Part shown: positions 46,514 to 56,443 of the stretch, piece after piece
How positions within the stretch are numbered: position 1 is the stretch's first letter
How the letters are laid out: each line of letters opens with the position of its first letter
Source of the DNA: an uncultured Treponema sp.
GTDB lineage: Bacteria; Spirochaetota; Spirochaetia; Treponematales; Treponemataceae
Reading direction: 5' to 3'
DNA: 64,000 nucleotides
NCBI GenBank assembly: GCA_949299755.1
Contig: CASGBA010000010.1
Span: 269-64,268 of the forward strand
The notes under the pieces: generated by a model
Told to the model about the DNA's origin: nothing
Seen by the model: the letters and a program-made list of their open reading frames with translations, nothing else
Databases searched by the model: none
Program-made: the position numbers and the translations under genes

Positions 46514-46611
46514 ATACAAAAGTTGTATTGAAAAACAAATGAATGGATTAAATCGAAGAAAATAGTTGTATTATTTTTATTGACATCTCGCTATCTTTAT
46601 TGTATTGTATT
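46514..46611 (+). promoter_or_regulatory. Putative ara promoter/operator region
   Basis: Palindrome ATACAA-aag-TTGTAT (46514-46528). AGTTGTATT repeated at 46521 and 46565. TTGACA (46580-46585), 17 nt, then TATTGT (46603-46608), overlapping ATTGTATTGTAT. Confidence 0.3.
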
Positions 46612-46660
46612 TCTGGAGAACACAAACCCCCTTAGGGTTTTGGTTTTATAAGGAGATGTT

Positions 46661-48268
46661 ATGGACATTGAGCGTATCAAAGCTTCCATAAAGGCAGGAA
46701 AAACTGCCCTTGGAATTGAGTTCGGGTCTACACGTATAAAAGCGGTTTTGGTAGATGAAACCTTCGCCCCTGTCGCTTCCGGCAGCCACGACTGGCAGAA
46801 CAAACTGGAAGACGGCATATGGACGTACAGTATTGACGATGTGGTTAACGGACTCCAATCCTGTTACCGGGCTTTATGCGGTGATGTAAAATCAAAATAC
46901 GGGGTGGAAATTGAAACCCTTGGTTCCATCGGAATAAGTGCCATGATGCACGGATACATGGTCTTTGATGCGTCCGGAAAGCTCCTTGTCCCTTTCCGCA
47001 CCTGGCGCAATACTTGCACAGGCCCCGCCGCGGAAGAGCTTTCCTCTCTGTTTTCTTTCAATATACCCCAGCGGTGGAGCATAGCCCATTTGTATCAGGC
47101 GGTTTTGAACAATGAACCCCATGTACCCCAGGCGGCATTTTTCACCACGCTGGCTGGTTTCGTTCACTGGAAACTGACCGGCAAAAAAGTTCTCGGGGTC
47201 GGAGATGCCTCCGGAATGTTCCCGATAGACAGTACCACCGGAAGGTATGATGAAAAAATGCTGGATACTCTGGAAAAACATCTGGCCGGCAAAAATTATC
47301 CCTGGAAAGTCCGGGATTTGCTTCCGGAAGTTTTGTCCGCCGGTGATCCGGCCGGAACCCTGACCTCGGAGGGAGCCGCACTGCTGGATCCTTCCGGGAA
47401 ACTGAAAGCGGGAATCCCCCTGTGTCCGCCGGAAGGGGATGCGGGTACCGGTATGACAGCCACCTGTGCCGTTGAGCCGAAAACCGGAAATGTGAGCGCA
47501 GGCACTTCGATTTTCGCCATGATTGTCCTGGAAAAGAAACTGGCTGGTGTTTATCCCGAAATAGATATGGTTACCACCCCGGACGGATATCCGGTTGCAA
47601 TGGTACACTGCAATAACTGTTCCTCGGATATTGACGCCTGGATAAAGCTGTTCCGGGAATTCGCCGCCCTTATCGGATGTGATGTCCCTAAACCGAAAGT
47701 TTATGATTTGTTGTATGAAAAGGCACTGGAAGGGGCCGCTGACTGTGGCGGACTTATTTCCTTCAATTATTTTTCCGGAGAGCCGGTTGCAGAATTGAAT
47801 GAGGGAAGACCTTTGTTTGTCAGACTGCCGGATGCGGATTTTTCCCTTGCCAATTTTATGCGCACCAATTTGTACGGCGCCGTGGCGACCTTGAAAATGG
47901 GAATGAATATCCTGTTGGAAAAAGAAAAAGTTGTCGTGGATAAACTTGTGGGACACGGCGGGCTTTTCAAAACCCCGGTGGTAGGCCAGCGTGTTATGGC
48001 GTCCTTGGGAACGTCCGTGTCCGTTATGGAAACAGCGGGGGAAGGAGGTGCCTGGGGTATTGCGCTTCTTGCGTCCTATCTTTCCGCCCGCAGTTCCGGA
48101 GAACAGCTTTCCTTCCCTGCTTTCCTGAAGCAGAAGGTTTTCGCTTCCATGCCGGTTAGCACCTTGAATCCCGATCCTGAGGATGTGAAAGGTTTCAATG
48201 CTTACATGGAAAGATTTGTCAAGGCTATCCCTGTGGAAAAGAGCGCAGTGGATAATATTCAATTATAA
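46661..48268 (+). CDS. araB: FGGY-family carbohydrate kinase, ribulokinase by operon context
   Basis: N-terminal [15 protein letters not shown] actin-fold phosphate motif. Second FGGY domain (GHGGLFK...). Directly upstream of araA and araD. Confidence 0.75.
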   Translation: MDIERIKASIKAGKTALGIEFGSTRIKAVLVDETFAPVASGSHDWQNKLEDGIWTYSIDDVVNGLQSCYRALCGDVKSKYGVEIETLGSIGISAMMHGYMVFDASGKLLVPFRTWRNTCTGPAAEELSSLFSFNIPQRWSIAHLYQAVLNNEPHVPQAAFFTTLAGFVHWKLTGKKVLGVGDASGMFPIDSTTGRYDEKMLDTLEKHLAGKNYPWKVRDLLPEVLSAGDPAGTLTSEGAALLDPSGKLKAGIPLCPPEGDAGTGMTATCAVEPKTGNVSAGTSIFAMIVLEKKLAGVYPEIDMVTTPDGYPVAMVHCNNCSSDIDAWIKLFREFAALIGCDVPKPKVYDLLYEKALEGAADCGGLISFNYFSGEPVAELNEGRPLFVRLPDADFSLANFMRTNLYGAVATLKMGMNILLEKEKVVVDKLVGHGGLFKTPVVGQRVMASLGTSVSVMETAGEGGAWGIALLASYLSARSSGEQLSFPAFLKQKVFASMPVSTLNPDPEDVKGFNAYMERFVKAIPVEKSAVDNIQL

Positions 48269-48298
48269 TTTTTTATGGTATATATAAGGAGTAAAAAC

Positions 48299-49798
48299 AT
48301 GAGTGCAAAAGCTGCCAAAAAAATGAAAGATTATGAGTTCTGGTTTATTGTAGGTTCCCAGTTTCTGTACGGCCCGGAGGTTTTGGAAACAGTTGCGGAA
48401 CGGGCTTCAAAAATGGCCCAGAGTTTCGACGGAGATTCAAATATACCCTGCCGGGTTATTTATAAAGGCACAGTGAAAACAAATGAAGAAATCACGCAGA
48501 TTGTGAAAGAAGCCAATTACAACGATAACTGCGCCGGTATTATCACCTGGATGCATACTTTTTCACCTTCCAAAATGTGGATAAACGGGCTTGCCCTTTT
48601 GCAGAAACCGTATTGCCATTTGCATACCCAGTACAACCGGCTGATTCCAGATACTGAAATTGACATGGACTTTATGAATTTGAATCAGGCTGCCCATGGA
48701 GACAGGGAACACGGATTTATCGGAGCCAGAATGCGTTTTGCCCGCAAGGTTATCGTTGGGTATTGGGAGGATGAGCCGGTGCGCCGCAAACTGGGAAGCT
48801 GGATGCGTTCCGCGGTCGGCTTTGCGGTCAGCCGTAACCTGAAAGTTGTACGCTTTGGAGACAATATGCGGGAAGTTGCTGTCACCGAAGGCGACAAGGT
48901 TGAGACCCAGATGAAATTGGGCTGGCAGGTGAATACCTGGGCAGTGGGTGATTTGGTGCAGGAAATCAACGCCGTTACGGAAGCCGAGGTTGACGCGCTG
49001 ATCGCGGAATACCGCGGTAAATATGATTTTGCCACGGACAATATGGACGCTGTACGCTACCAGGCCCGGGAAGAAATCGCCATGAAAAAAATCCTTGAGC
49101 GGGAAGGGGCGGGGGCTTTTACAAATACATTCCAGGATCTCCATGGAATGAAACAATTGCCCGGACTTGCCTCCCAGCGGCTTATGGAGCAGGGCTACGG
49201 CTACGGCGGTGAGGGAGACTGGAAGGTTTCCGCCATGACCCACATTGTAAAACAGATGACGGAAGGGCTTCCCGGCGGAACCGCATTCATGGAAGATTAC
49301 ACCTATGATCTGGAGCCGGGCAAGGAATTGTCCCTGGGTGCCCATATGCTTGAAGTGTGTCCCTCCGTTGCCGCCGCCAAACCCCGCATCGAAGTGCATC
49401 CCCTCGGTATCGGCGGTAAGGAAGATCCGGCCCGCCTGGTGTTTGAAGGCCATCCCGGCAAGGCGATAGTTGTATCCCTCATCGATATGGGTGGCCGGCT
49501 CAGGATGATTGTGCAGGATGTGGAAGCGGTCGTACCGAAATACAAGATGCCGAATCTGCCGGTAGCCCGCATCATGTGGAAGGCTATGCCCGATTTGCTG
49601 ACCGGTGCCCATGCATGGATACTTGCCGGAGGAGCCCATCACACGGTATTCTCCTATGCGGCTACCGCGGAAATGATGGAAGACTGGGCGGAAATGGCCG
49701 GCATTGAGTATGTCCATATTTCCGCTTCAACAAATATTGAGGAGCTGAAAAAAGAGCTTTTCGTGATGGATGTTGCCTGGAAGCTCAAGGGAATTTGA
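48299..49798 (+). CDS. araA: L-arabinose isomerase
   Basis: YEFWFIVGSQFLYG N-terminus, with AHGDREHGFI, GEGDWK and HMLEVCPS motifs. AAGGAG RBS before ATG 48299. Confidence 0.93.
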   Translation: MSAKAAKKMKDYEFWFIVGSQFLYGPEVLETVAERASKMAQSFDGDSNIPCRVIYKGTVKTNEEITQIVKEANYNDNCAGIITWMHTFSPSKMWINGLALLQKPYCHLHTQYNRLIPDTEIDMDFMNLNQAAHGDREHGFIGARMRFARKVIVGYWEDEPVRRKLGSWMRSAVGFAVSRNLKVVRFGDNMREVAVTEGDKVETQMKLGWQVNTWAVGDLVQEINAVTEAEVDALIAEYRGKYDFATDNMDAVRYQAREEIAMKKILEREGAGAFTNTFQDLHGMKQLPGLASQRLMEQGYGYGGEGDWKVSAMTHIVKQMTEGLPGGTAFMEDYTYDLEPGKELSLGAHMLEVCPSVAAAKPRIEVHPLGIGGKEDPARLVFEGHPGKAIVVSLIDMGGRLRMIVQDVEAVVPKYKMPNLPVARIMWKAMPDLLTGAHAWILAGGAHHTVFSYAATAEMMEDWAEMAGIEYVHISASTNIEELKKELFVMDVAWKLKGI

Positions 49799-49876
49799 TT
49801 CCGGGCGCCTATTCCGGCTGTATTCTTGTAGTACAGCCGGAGAACAACGTGCTGAATGTAATTATCGGAGAAGCAT

Positions 49877-50566
49877 ATGCTTGAAGAACTGAAAGAAAAA
49901 ACCCTTAAAGCCAATTTACTGCTTCCTGCCCATGGTTTGGTAACATTTACCTGGGGGAATGTTTCCGGAATCGACCGGGACAAGAAGCTTATTGTCATAA
50001 AACCGTCCGGAGTTGAATACAGCGACATGAAGACTGACGATATGGTTGTCGTTGATTTTGACGGCAGAGTTGTGGAAGGAAAATTAAAGCCCTCTTCGGA
50101 TACGCCCACCCACATAGAACTGTACAAGGCTTTCCCGAATATCGGCGGTGTGGTGCATACCCACAGCCGGTGGGCAACCATTTTCGCCCAGTGCGGGGCG
50201 GGTGTTCCTCCTTTGGGGACAACCCACGGGGATTATTTCTACGGTGAAATCCCCTGCACCCGTCTCATGACGGATGAAGAAATTCACGGTAAATATGAAA
50301 AGGAAACGGGAACTGTCATCATTGAACGGTTTAAGGATTTGAATCCTGATGAGATTCCTGCGGTGTTGGTGCAGAGTCACGGACCATTCGCCTGGGGAAA
50401 GGACCCCATGGAAGCTGTGCACAATGCAGTTGTTTTGGAAGAGGTTGCGTTTATGGCATGGCACTGCAATGTACTCTCCGGGAAAAAGCCCGGACCTATG
50501 CAGCAAACCCTTCTGGATAAACATTATCTGCGCAAACACGGCGCAAATGCTTATTACGGACAGTAA
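49877..50566 (+). CDS. araD: L-ribulose-5-phosphate 4-epimerase
   Basis: Class II aldolase/adducin fold: [40 protein letters not shown]. Confidence 0.9.
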   Translation: MLEELKEKTLKANLLLPAHGLVTFTWGNVSGIDRDKKLIVIKPSGVEYSDMKTDDMVVVDFDGRVVEGKLKPSSDTPTHIELYKAFPNIGGVVHTHSRWATIFAQCGAGVPPLGTTHGDYFYGEIPCTRLMTDEEIHGKYEKETGTVIIERFKDLNPDEIPAVLVQSHGPFAWGKDPMEAVHNAVVLEEVAFMAWHCNVLSGKKPGPMQQTLLDKHYLRKHGANAYYGQ

Positions 50567-50584
50567 TGTAATGGCGGGGTTACC

Positions 50585-51688
50585 ATGGCTTTTGTTCCCA
50601 AATATGCTTTCTTAGTTAACTGGATAAAAGACCAGATACTCCACGGTGACCTGCATTTCGGTGACCGGCTTTATTCCGAAAATGAATTGTGTTCTATTTT
50701 CGGAATAAGCCGGCAGACTGTCAGACAGGCAATCGGAATTTTGGAGCAGGAAAAAGTTGTAAGCCGGCGCAGGGGAAGCGGAACCTATGTGACATGGCAG
50801 AAAAAAACAACCCGGAGCGGTACAAAAAAAATCGGCGTCATTTCAACTTATGTGGGTGAATATATCTTTATGGATATCCTCCATGGAATAGAATCGGTTT
50901 TAAGCGCCAATGGATATGCCACGCAAATTTCCTTTACCCATAACCGGGTTGAAAATGAAAGACGTGCGTTGAGATCCATGCTTGACAATGACGTGGATGG
51001 AATCATCGTGGAACCGACAAAGAGCGGCTTGCCCAATCCTAATATCAGAATTTACGATGAATTCCGTGCAAGAAATATTCCTGTGTTGTTTTTCAATGCA
51101 AAATATCCAGGCCTTGATTTTCCTGTTGTTTGTTTGGATGATGTTGTTGCCGGAGAAATGGCAACATCATTTTTAATCGGCAAAGGACATAAAAAAATAG
51201 CAGGTGTCTTTCAATGCGATGACATTCAAGGATTGCTACGTTATCAAGGTTATATTCAGGCGCTTGAAAAAAACGGCATAGAAATAAACAGCCACCGGAT
51301 ATTCTGGTTTGCAACAGAAGACATCGATGATATTGCCACTTATCCCGATCGGATAATGAAGAGGATTAAAGATTGTTCGGCTGTATGTTGTTATAATGAT
51401 CAGATAGCGGTTAAAGTTATAAAAATATTGGAACAACATGGTATTTCGGTTCCGGATAATATTTCAGTTACAGGTATCGATAATTCGAATCTTGCAGAAT
51501 TAAGTGTTCCTCCCTTAACATCCGTATACAATCCGGTAAGTCTTTTAGGAGAAACAGCCGCTAAGAATCTTCTTGCCCTTATAGAGGATCCTTCTTTTGA
51601 TGCGGAAGTTTTATTCCGTCCCGTTATCGTGGAACGGTCTTCCGTGTCTGATTATGCTGATACAGTAGTGTTGTCTAAAAGTATTTGA
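50585..51688 (+). CDS. araR: GntR-HTH / LacI-type sugar-binding transcriptional repressor (AraR-like)
   Basis: N-terminal GntR wHTH (LYSENELCSIFGISRQTVRQAIGILEQEKVVSRRRGSGTYV) fused to a periplasmic-binding-protein-like domain. Adjacent to araBAD. Confidence 0.8.
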   Translation: MAFVPKYAFLVNWIKDQILHGDLHFGDRLYSENELCSIFGISRQTVRQAIGILEQEKVVSRRRGSGTYVTWQKKTTRSGTKKIGVISTYVGEYIFMDILHGIESVLSANGYATQISFTHNRVENERRALRSMLDNDVDGIIVEPTKSGLPNPNIRIYDEFRARNIPVLFFNAKYPGLDFPVVCLDDVVAGEMATSFLIGKGHKKIAGVFQCDDIQGLLRYQGYIQALEKNGIEINSHRIFWFATEDIDDIATYPDRIMKRIKDCSAVCCYNDQIAVKVIKILEQHGISVPDNISVTGIDNSNLAELSVPPLTSVYNPVSLLGETAAKNLLALIEDPSFDAEVLFRPVIVERSSVSDYADTVVLSKSI

Positions 51689-51717
51689 ATATGTAATACG
51701 TCAATGGGAGGCGTTTT

Positions 51718-52747
51718 ATGATTGCTACAGGGCAGTTTCGCATTTTCCGGGGTGTATTCTTATGTTTGTTTTTATTTTTTCTGTTTTCCTGTGGCGGTAA
51801 GAAACCTCACGAATCTTCTTCCTCATCTGTTGTATCCCGGGACGGATAAAGGAATTATAGTCGGCTTTTCTCAGATAGGAGCTGAAAGCGCATGGCGTGT
51901 GAGAAATTCGGAGTCAATGCAGGAAGCTGCCGGAAAAATGGGAATCCAGCTTTTATATGCAAATGCCGAGCAAAAACAGGAAAATCAAATAAAAGCGATA
52001 CGTTCCTTTATTGTTTATCAGGTTGATGTCATCGTTTTTGTTCCTATTGTTCAATATGGATGGGAAAATGTTTTGCACGAGGCTGTTACTGCCGGGATTC
52101 CTGTGATTGTCGCTGATAGAAAGCTTAAAATCTCAGATCCTGGATTGGTCGCAGGTTTTGCCGGACCGGATAATTTTGAAGAAGGTAGGAATGCCGGAAG
52201 ATTTTTACTGCGTAAATACCCTTCAGTTTCTGAATCTGTGCGTATTTTTGAAATGCGGGGAACGGATGGCTCTTCCGTTATGGAAGATAGGGCCGCCGGT
52301 TTTAGAGAAATTATAAATGGCAGCAGCCGATTTAAAATTGTATACAGTGAATCCGGTGATTTTTTACGGTCCAAAGGGAAAGAGTTGGTTGAAAATTTCA
52401 TAAAGGAGAACGGAGGTTTTGTTTTCGACGGTCATCCCATTGATGTTGTTTTTTCACATAACGACGGCATGACTCTGGGAGCATTGGAAGTCTTTGATGA
52501 TTACGGTATAAAAGCTGGAACGGATGTTACAATTATTACTGTAGATGCCGAGCAAGCGGCAATTGATGCCTTGAAAGAGGGTAAAGTCAATTGTGTTGTT
52601 GAATGTAATCCTAATCTTGGTGAAACAGTTTTAAATCTTGCACAGGAATTAGTACAAGGTAAGAAAATAAAATACCGTACAACAATTGATGGACAAGTTT
52701 TTACGGAATTTGAAAAGTATGATTCTCTTCCGCCACGTGGTTATTAA
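51718..52747 (+). pseudogene. Sugar-binding (PBP type I) lipoprotein, frameshifted between signal peptide and mature domain
   Basis: GGGAGG RBS (51706-51711) and ATG 51718 open a lipoprotein signal (MIATGQFRIFRGVFLCLFLFFLFSC|GGKKPHESSSSS) that stops at TAA 51847-51849. The binding-protein domain (GIIVGFSQIGAESAWR...VVFSHNDGM) runs in the +1 frame to 52747. Confidence 0.7.
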
Positions 52748-52753
52748 TCCAAT

Positions 52754-54202
52754 ATGACAGCCTCCTCTCCCATTGTAAAAAAAGCATAAAACAAGTTCTC
52801 AGAACATCATACTTATTTATTGTTTTACTCTTGTGTTTCCCCGTTTTTTATATTGTATTTATTTCCTGGATAGCGATATACCGGTATGACAATATTATAA
52901 CAAATGTAAGCAAGGCTAATACAATAAATCAAATTATAAAGACTGATATTGCAAATGAATTATGGAGCATTGTCGCTGGAAATAAACTTTTTAAGGATGG
53001 TTCCCAATATGTAATCCTGTCACGTGTAAAGAATGGTATAGATGAAATGAAAACATCTACGCAGGTCCCGGTTAATTTTAATTATCTTGAGGTCGCATCC
53101 AGGGCAATACAGACTTTGGAAGGATACGTAGACAGATTGGGAGAGCAGATAGAAAAAGGTGCGCCTGTGGTGGAAAACGAGGCGGTTTTGGATGAGGTCC
53201 GTTCAGTGGCGACTGTCGTCAGTGATGTCCTTCAGGATTTTATTGTCGCTGAAATAGAGTCTGGAGCTAAGACAAATGAAGATATTAAAAATTACTCAGT
53301 TGTTCTTATGTTGATACAGGGTGTTATAACCCTCATTATGATTATCATTGTTGTACGTACTTTGGTTTTTATTTCTGAAAGCATCCGGCAACCTATTCAT
53401 GATATGGAGAGTCTTTCATCAAGGATTGCTTCCGGCGATTTTGGCGCCAGGGTTCAGCTTCCTGATATCGAAGAACTGGATAATTTGGCAAAAAACCTGA
53501 ATATGATGGTGGGGAAAATCCAGGAATTAATAGATGAGAATATCAGGGAGCAGCAGAATTTAAAAAAAAGCTGAGATGAAAACTCTTCAGGCACAAATAA
53601 CCCCGCATTTTCTGTACAATACTTTTGATACTATTATCTGGCTTGCGGAATCTGAGGAAACTGAAAAAGTCATAGAAATTACCAGGGCTTTTTCAGGTTT
53701 TTTCCGTATTTCCCTTAACAGGGGCAGGGAATGGATACCGGCTTCCCAGGAACTTGAGCACATACGGTATTACCTGCAAATTCAAAAAATAAGGTACAGT
53801 AATATATTGGATTATACCATTGATTTTGACGAGGCTGTAACTGATTGCATGATGTTAAAACTCACACTCCAGCCTTTGGTTGAAAATGCGATTTACCATG
53901 GAATAAAAAATAAACGCGGTATGGGTATAATAAAGGTCCGCGCTTTTTTCGAAGAAAATAAAACAGGAGAAAAAAAAGTACACTTTTGTGTCGAAGATAA
54001 TGGTATAGGTTTTACACGGGAAAAACTGGACAATGTTATGCAGGAACTTGCCTGCAATAAAGATCCTGAAAGTTTGTCGTATGTTTATGGTTTATACAAC
54101 GTAAATAAAAGATTGAATTTGTATTACGGTGAATCCGTAAAACTTGAAATTAAAAGTGAATTCGGAAAAGGAAGCATTGTTTTTTTTCCATTCCGTATAT
54201 AG
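52754..54202 (+). pseudogene. YesM/LytS-type sensor histidine kinase (TM, sensor, HAMP, His_kinase, HATPase) interrupted by frameshifts at A-tracts
   Basis: The HAMP-containing ORF ends ...EQQNLKKS* at TGA 53572-53574, inside or after A8 (53562-53569). The next frame continues (KKAE)MKTLQAQITPHFLYNTFDTI, the canonical His_kinase motif. A second probable shift lies at A7 (52777-52783), between ATG 52754 (MTASSPIVKK) and the TM-helix frame (SIKQVLRTSYLFIVLLLCFPVFYIVF). Confidence 0.7.
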
Positions 54203-54223
54203 AAGCAAAAGAAGGTTCTGAAT

Positions 54224-55807
54224 ATGTATAGTGTTTTTATTGTTGATGATGAAGTTATAGTCAGGGATGGAATCAGAAATAAAATTGATTGGGAAAAGTC
54301 TGGATTCACTTTTGCAGGTGAAGCGGGCGACGGTGAAATCGCTTTGTCGATGATACAGGATATAAAACCGGATATTCTCATTACAGATATTAAAATGCCG
54401 TTTATGGACGGACTTGAATTATCACGAATGGTGAAAAAGCTGTTGCCTTGGACAAAAATCATTATTCTCTCGGGACATGATGAATTCGAGTATGCAAAAA
54501 AAGCAATATCTATAGGAATTGCTGACTATATTTTGAAGCCTTTTACCTCTGAAGAACTGCTTGTAAGCATGAATCGGGCGGTTGAGGATTTAGACAAACA
54601 GAAACAAAGATTCAGTGATATAAAAAAAATGAAGGAATCTTTGGAATCCGCCTCCCTTTTGGCGAAAGAGAAACTTCTTTCCGATATTGTTTTGGGTGTA
54701 ATTACAGGTGCCGATGCTGTCCGTCTGACCGCCGATATGAAAGTTGACTTGATATCCAGATTTTATACTGTTTGTATAAGCGAGATATATCCGGCAGGCG
54801 GTAAATCTTCGAAACTCATAGAAGTAAAATCCCGTTTATTGAGCATTGCGGACAACAATCCTAAGTCAACTGTCTTTTTCATTTCTCCGGAACGGGCTGT
54901 GTTTATTTTAAAAAGTGTGCAATTAGAACAAGCTGAAGAGGATTCCTATAATCTTGCCAATGCAGTTGAACATGAAATTTCTGCTGGAACAGATTCCTAT
55001 GTGGTCACTTCAATTGGTATGACTGTAGACCGGATTGCGAAAATAAATGATTCCTACAATTCCGCTGTACAGTATTTAAATCAAAACAGACTTATTCCAA
55101 ATAAAAACATGATTATAAATACTTCTGATTGCAGCGAGAATGGAGTTACTCCTTCAGATTTAAAAGAGACGGATCCTTTGGTGGACAGAATCCGTTATGC
55201 GGATGAAGGTGAAATCGAACAGATTGTAAACCAATATCTTGAATGTATTGATGAGGTGCGGGAAGATTTCGCCTCCACGGCTTCATATCTTCTTGTTGAT
55301 ATCATAATGTCCATTTCAAAGCTGGCGGAAGATTTGGGCGGTGATGTGAAAGACATTGCACCGGAAATTCTTTCCAGGGCTTTTGTAAGCGGTGCTGTAA
55401 GCAGCAAGGAGATTTTCACCAGGGAGGTAAAACGCATCCTGTCAGCGGTTTTGACTTGGCGCAATTCCAGAATTCAAGGTAAATACGGGAATGTAATCCT
55501 CAGGGCAAAAAAATATATAGAGAAAAATTTCGCGAATCCTGATATATGCCTTATGTCAACCGCAAAAGCCGTTAATATGAGTCCTAATCATTTCAGTTCG
55601 GTTTTTTCACAGGAATGCGGGATGACATATATCGAATATTTGACAAACGTTAGGATAGAAAGGGCAAAAAAATTGCTGAAAAACACGGCAATGCGTAGCT
55701 CGGAAATTGCTTACGAAATTGGTTTTAGTGATCCGCATTATTTCAGCTTTATTTTCAAGAAAGTCTCCGGATGTTCTCTACAGGAATTCCGGGCTAAAGA
55801 AAAATAA
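54224..55807 (+). CDS. YesN-type response regulator (CheY receiver plus AraC-family HTH output)
   Basis: Receiver motifs VFIVDDE...PDILITDIKMPFMDG...ILSGH. C-terminal AraC HTH (SPNHFSSVFSQECGMTYIEYLTNVRIERAKKLL...GFSDPHYFSFIFKK). Confidence 0.88.
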   Translation: MYSVFIVDDEVIVRDGIRNKIDWEKSGFTFAGEAGDGEIALSMIQDIKPDILITDIKMPFMDGLELSRMVKKLLPWTKIIILSGHDEFEYAKKAISIGIADYILKPFTSEELLVSMNRAVEDLDKQKQRFSDIKKMKESLESASLLAKEKLLSDIVLGVITGADAVRLTADMKVDLISRFYTVCISEIYPAGGKSSKLIEVKSRLLSIADNNPKSTVFFISPERAVFILKSVQLEQAEEDSYNLANAVEHEISAGTDSYVVTSIGMTVDRIAKINDSYNSAVQYLNQNRLIPNKNMIINTSDCSENGVTPSDLKETDPLVDRIRYADEGEIEQIVNQYLECIDEVREDFASTASYLLVDIIMSISKLAEDLGGDVKDIAPEILSRAFVSGAVSSKEIFTREVKRILSAVLTWRNSRIQGKYGNVILRAKKYIEKNFANPDICLMSTAKAVNMSPNHFSSVFSQECGMTYIEYLTNVRIERAKKLLKNTAMRSSEIAYEIGFSDPHYFSFIFKKVSGCSLQEFRAKEK

Positions 55808-55809
55808 AA

Positions 55810-55840
55810 ACGCAATGCAATTGGCACTGCGTTTTTATTT
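55810..55840 (+). terminator. Candidate terminator after the response-regulator gene
   Basis: Imperfect hairpin ACGCAaTGC / GCAcTGCGT followed by TTTTTATTTT. Lies between convergent genes. Confidence 0.4.
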
Positions 55841-55887
55841 TGATTTGGTATTCAGCTTTTCCTGTAAAAATAATTATTTATTGATTT

Positions 55888-56310
55888 TTAGTCATCAAAT
55901 TTCTGACCGATAAGCTTACCGGAATTATCAAAGTACATTTCCATTCTGTTGGAAAGCTTCAACTCTATTCCGTTCCAGTTTTTTTCCGCTTCTATAATAA
56001 TAGCGTCAGGATAATTTTGGGTAACCTGATTTGTGATAGAAGAGGAAAGAACCGCAGCCGGAACCCCTGTATAGGATTTCACTTCTTTCCATTCACCTTT
56101 ACCGGAAAAAGAAATTTCGGTGCCATCATTCAAGGTTACTTCATATTCGTTATAATCAGCCTCAACGTAAGTTGCTGTTTTCCCGGAGAAATTTGTGCTT
56201 ATGAAATCTTTGGCTTGCTGAGGAAGTTTTTCCACCGGAATAACCCTGTCTGCAAAAAGCCCAGCCGCAGGAATCGCCAAAACCATTAATATAACTGCTA
56301 ATTTATTCAT
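55888..56310 (-). CDS. PepSY-like (putative beta-lactamase-inhibitor-like) secreted protein
   Basis: Signal peptide. Two repeats of the LPxxAKxFI...YEVxLNDGTEIxF type pattern. Confidence 0.65.
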   Translation of the reverse strand: MNKLAVILMVLAIPAAGLFADRVIPVEKLPQQAKDFISTNFSGKTATYVEADYNEYEVTLNDGTEISFSGKGEWKEVKSYTGVPAAVLSSSITNQVTQNYPDAIIIEAEKNWNGIELKLSNRMEMYFDNSGKLIGQKFDD

Positions 56311-56443
56311 ACTCTACCTCCTTAAAAATTAGCGTTTTGATTTATGATGTTAATATACAGTTTTATTTTTACCCAAACATTAAAACAAGCTTAAAATAAG
56401 ACAAAAGAATGAAAAAAATACGCCTGTCTTCCTGAGAAAATCC

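Noticed and set aside
46892-49717. 456-aa and 384-aa ORFs antisense to araB and araA
   Set aside because: Both are mirror-frame shadow ORFs of strongly supported sense genes. Composition is biased (G/R/F/H-rich), there is no RBS, and no recognisable domains.
51722-52831. TTG starts given by the ORF track for the binding protein (51722) and the kinase (52831)
   Set aside because: Both would begin inside hydrophobic signal or TM segments and lack an RBS. An RBS-preceded ATG with a lipobox signal (51718) and an upstream ATG (52754) in neighbouring frames explain the data better as frameshifted genes.
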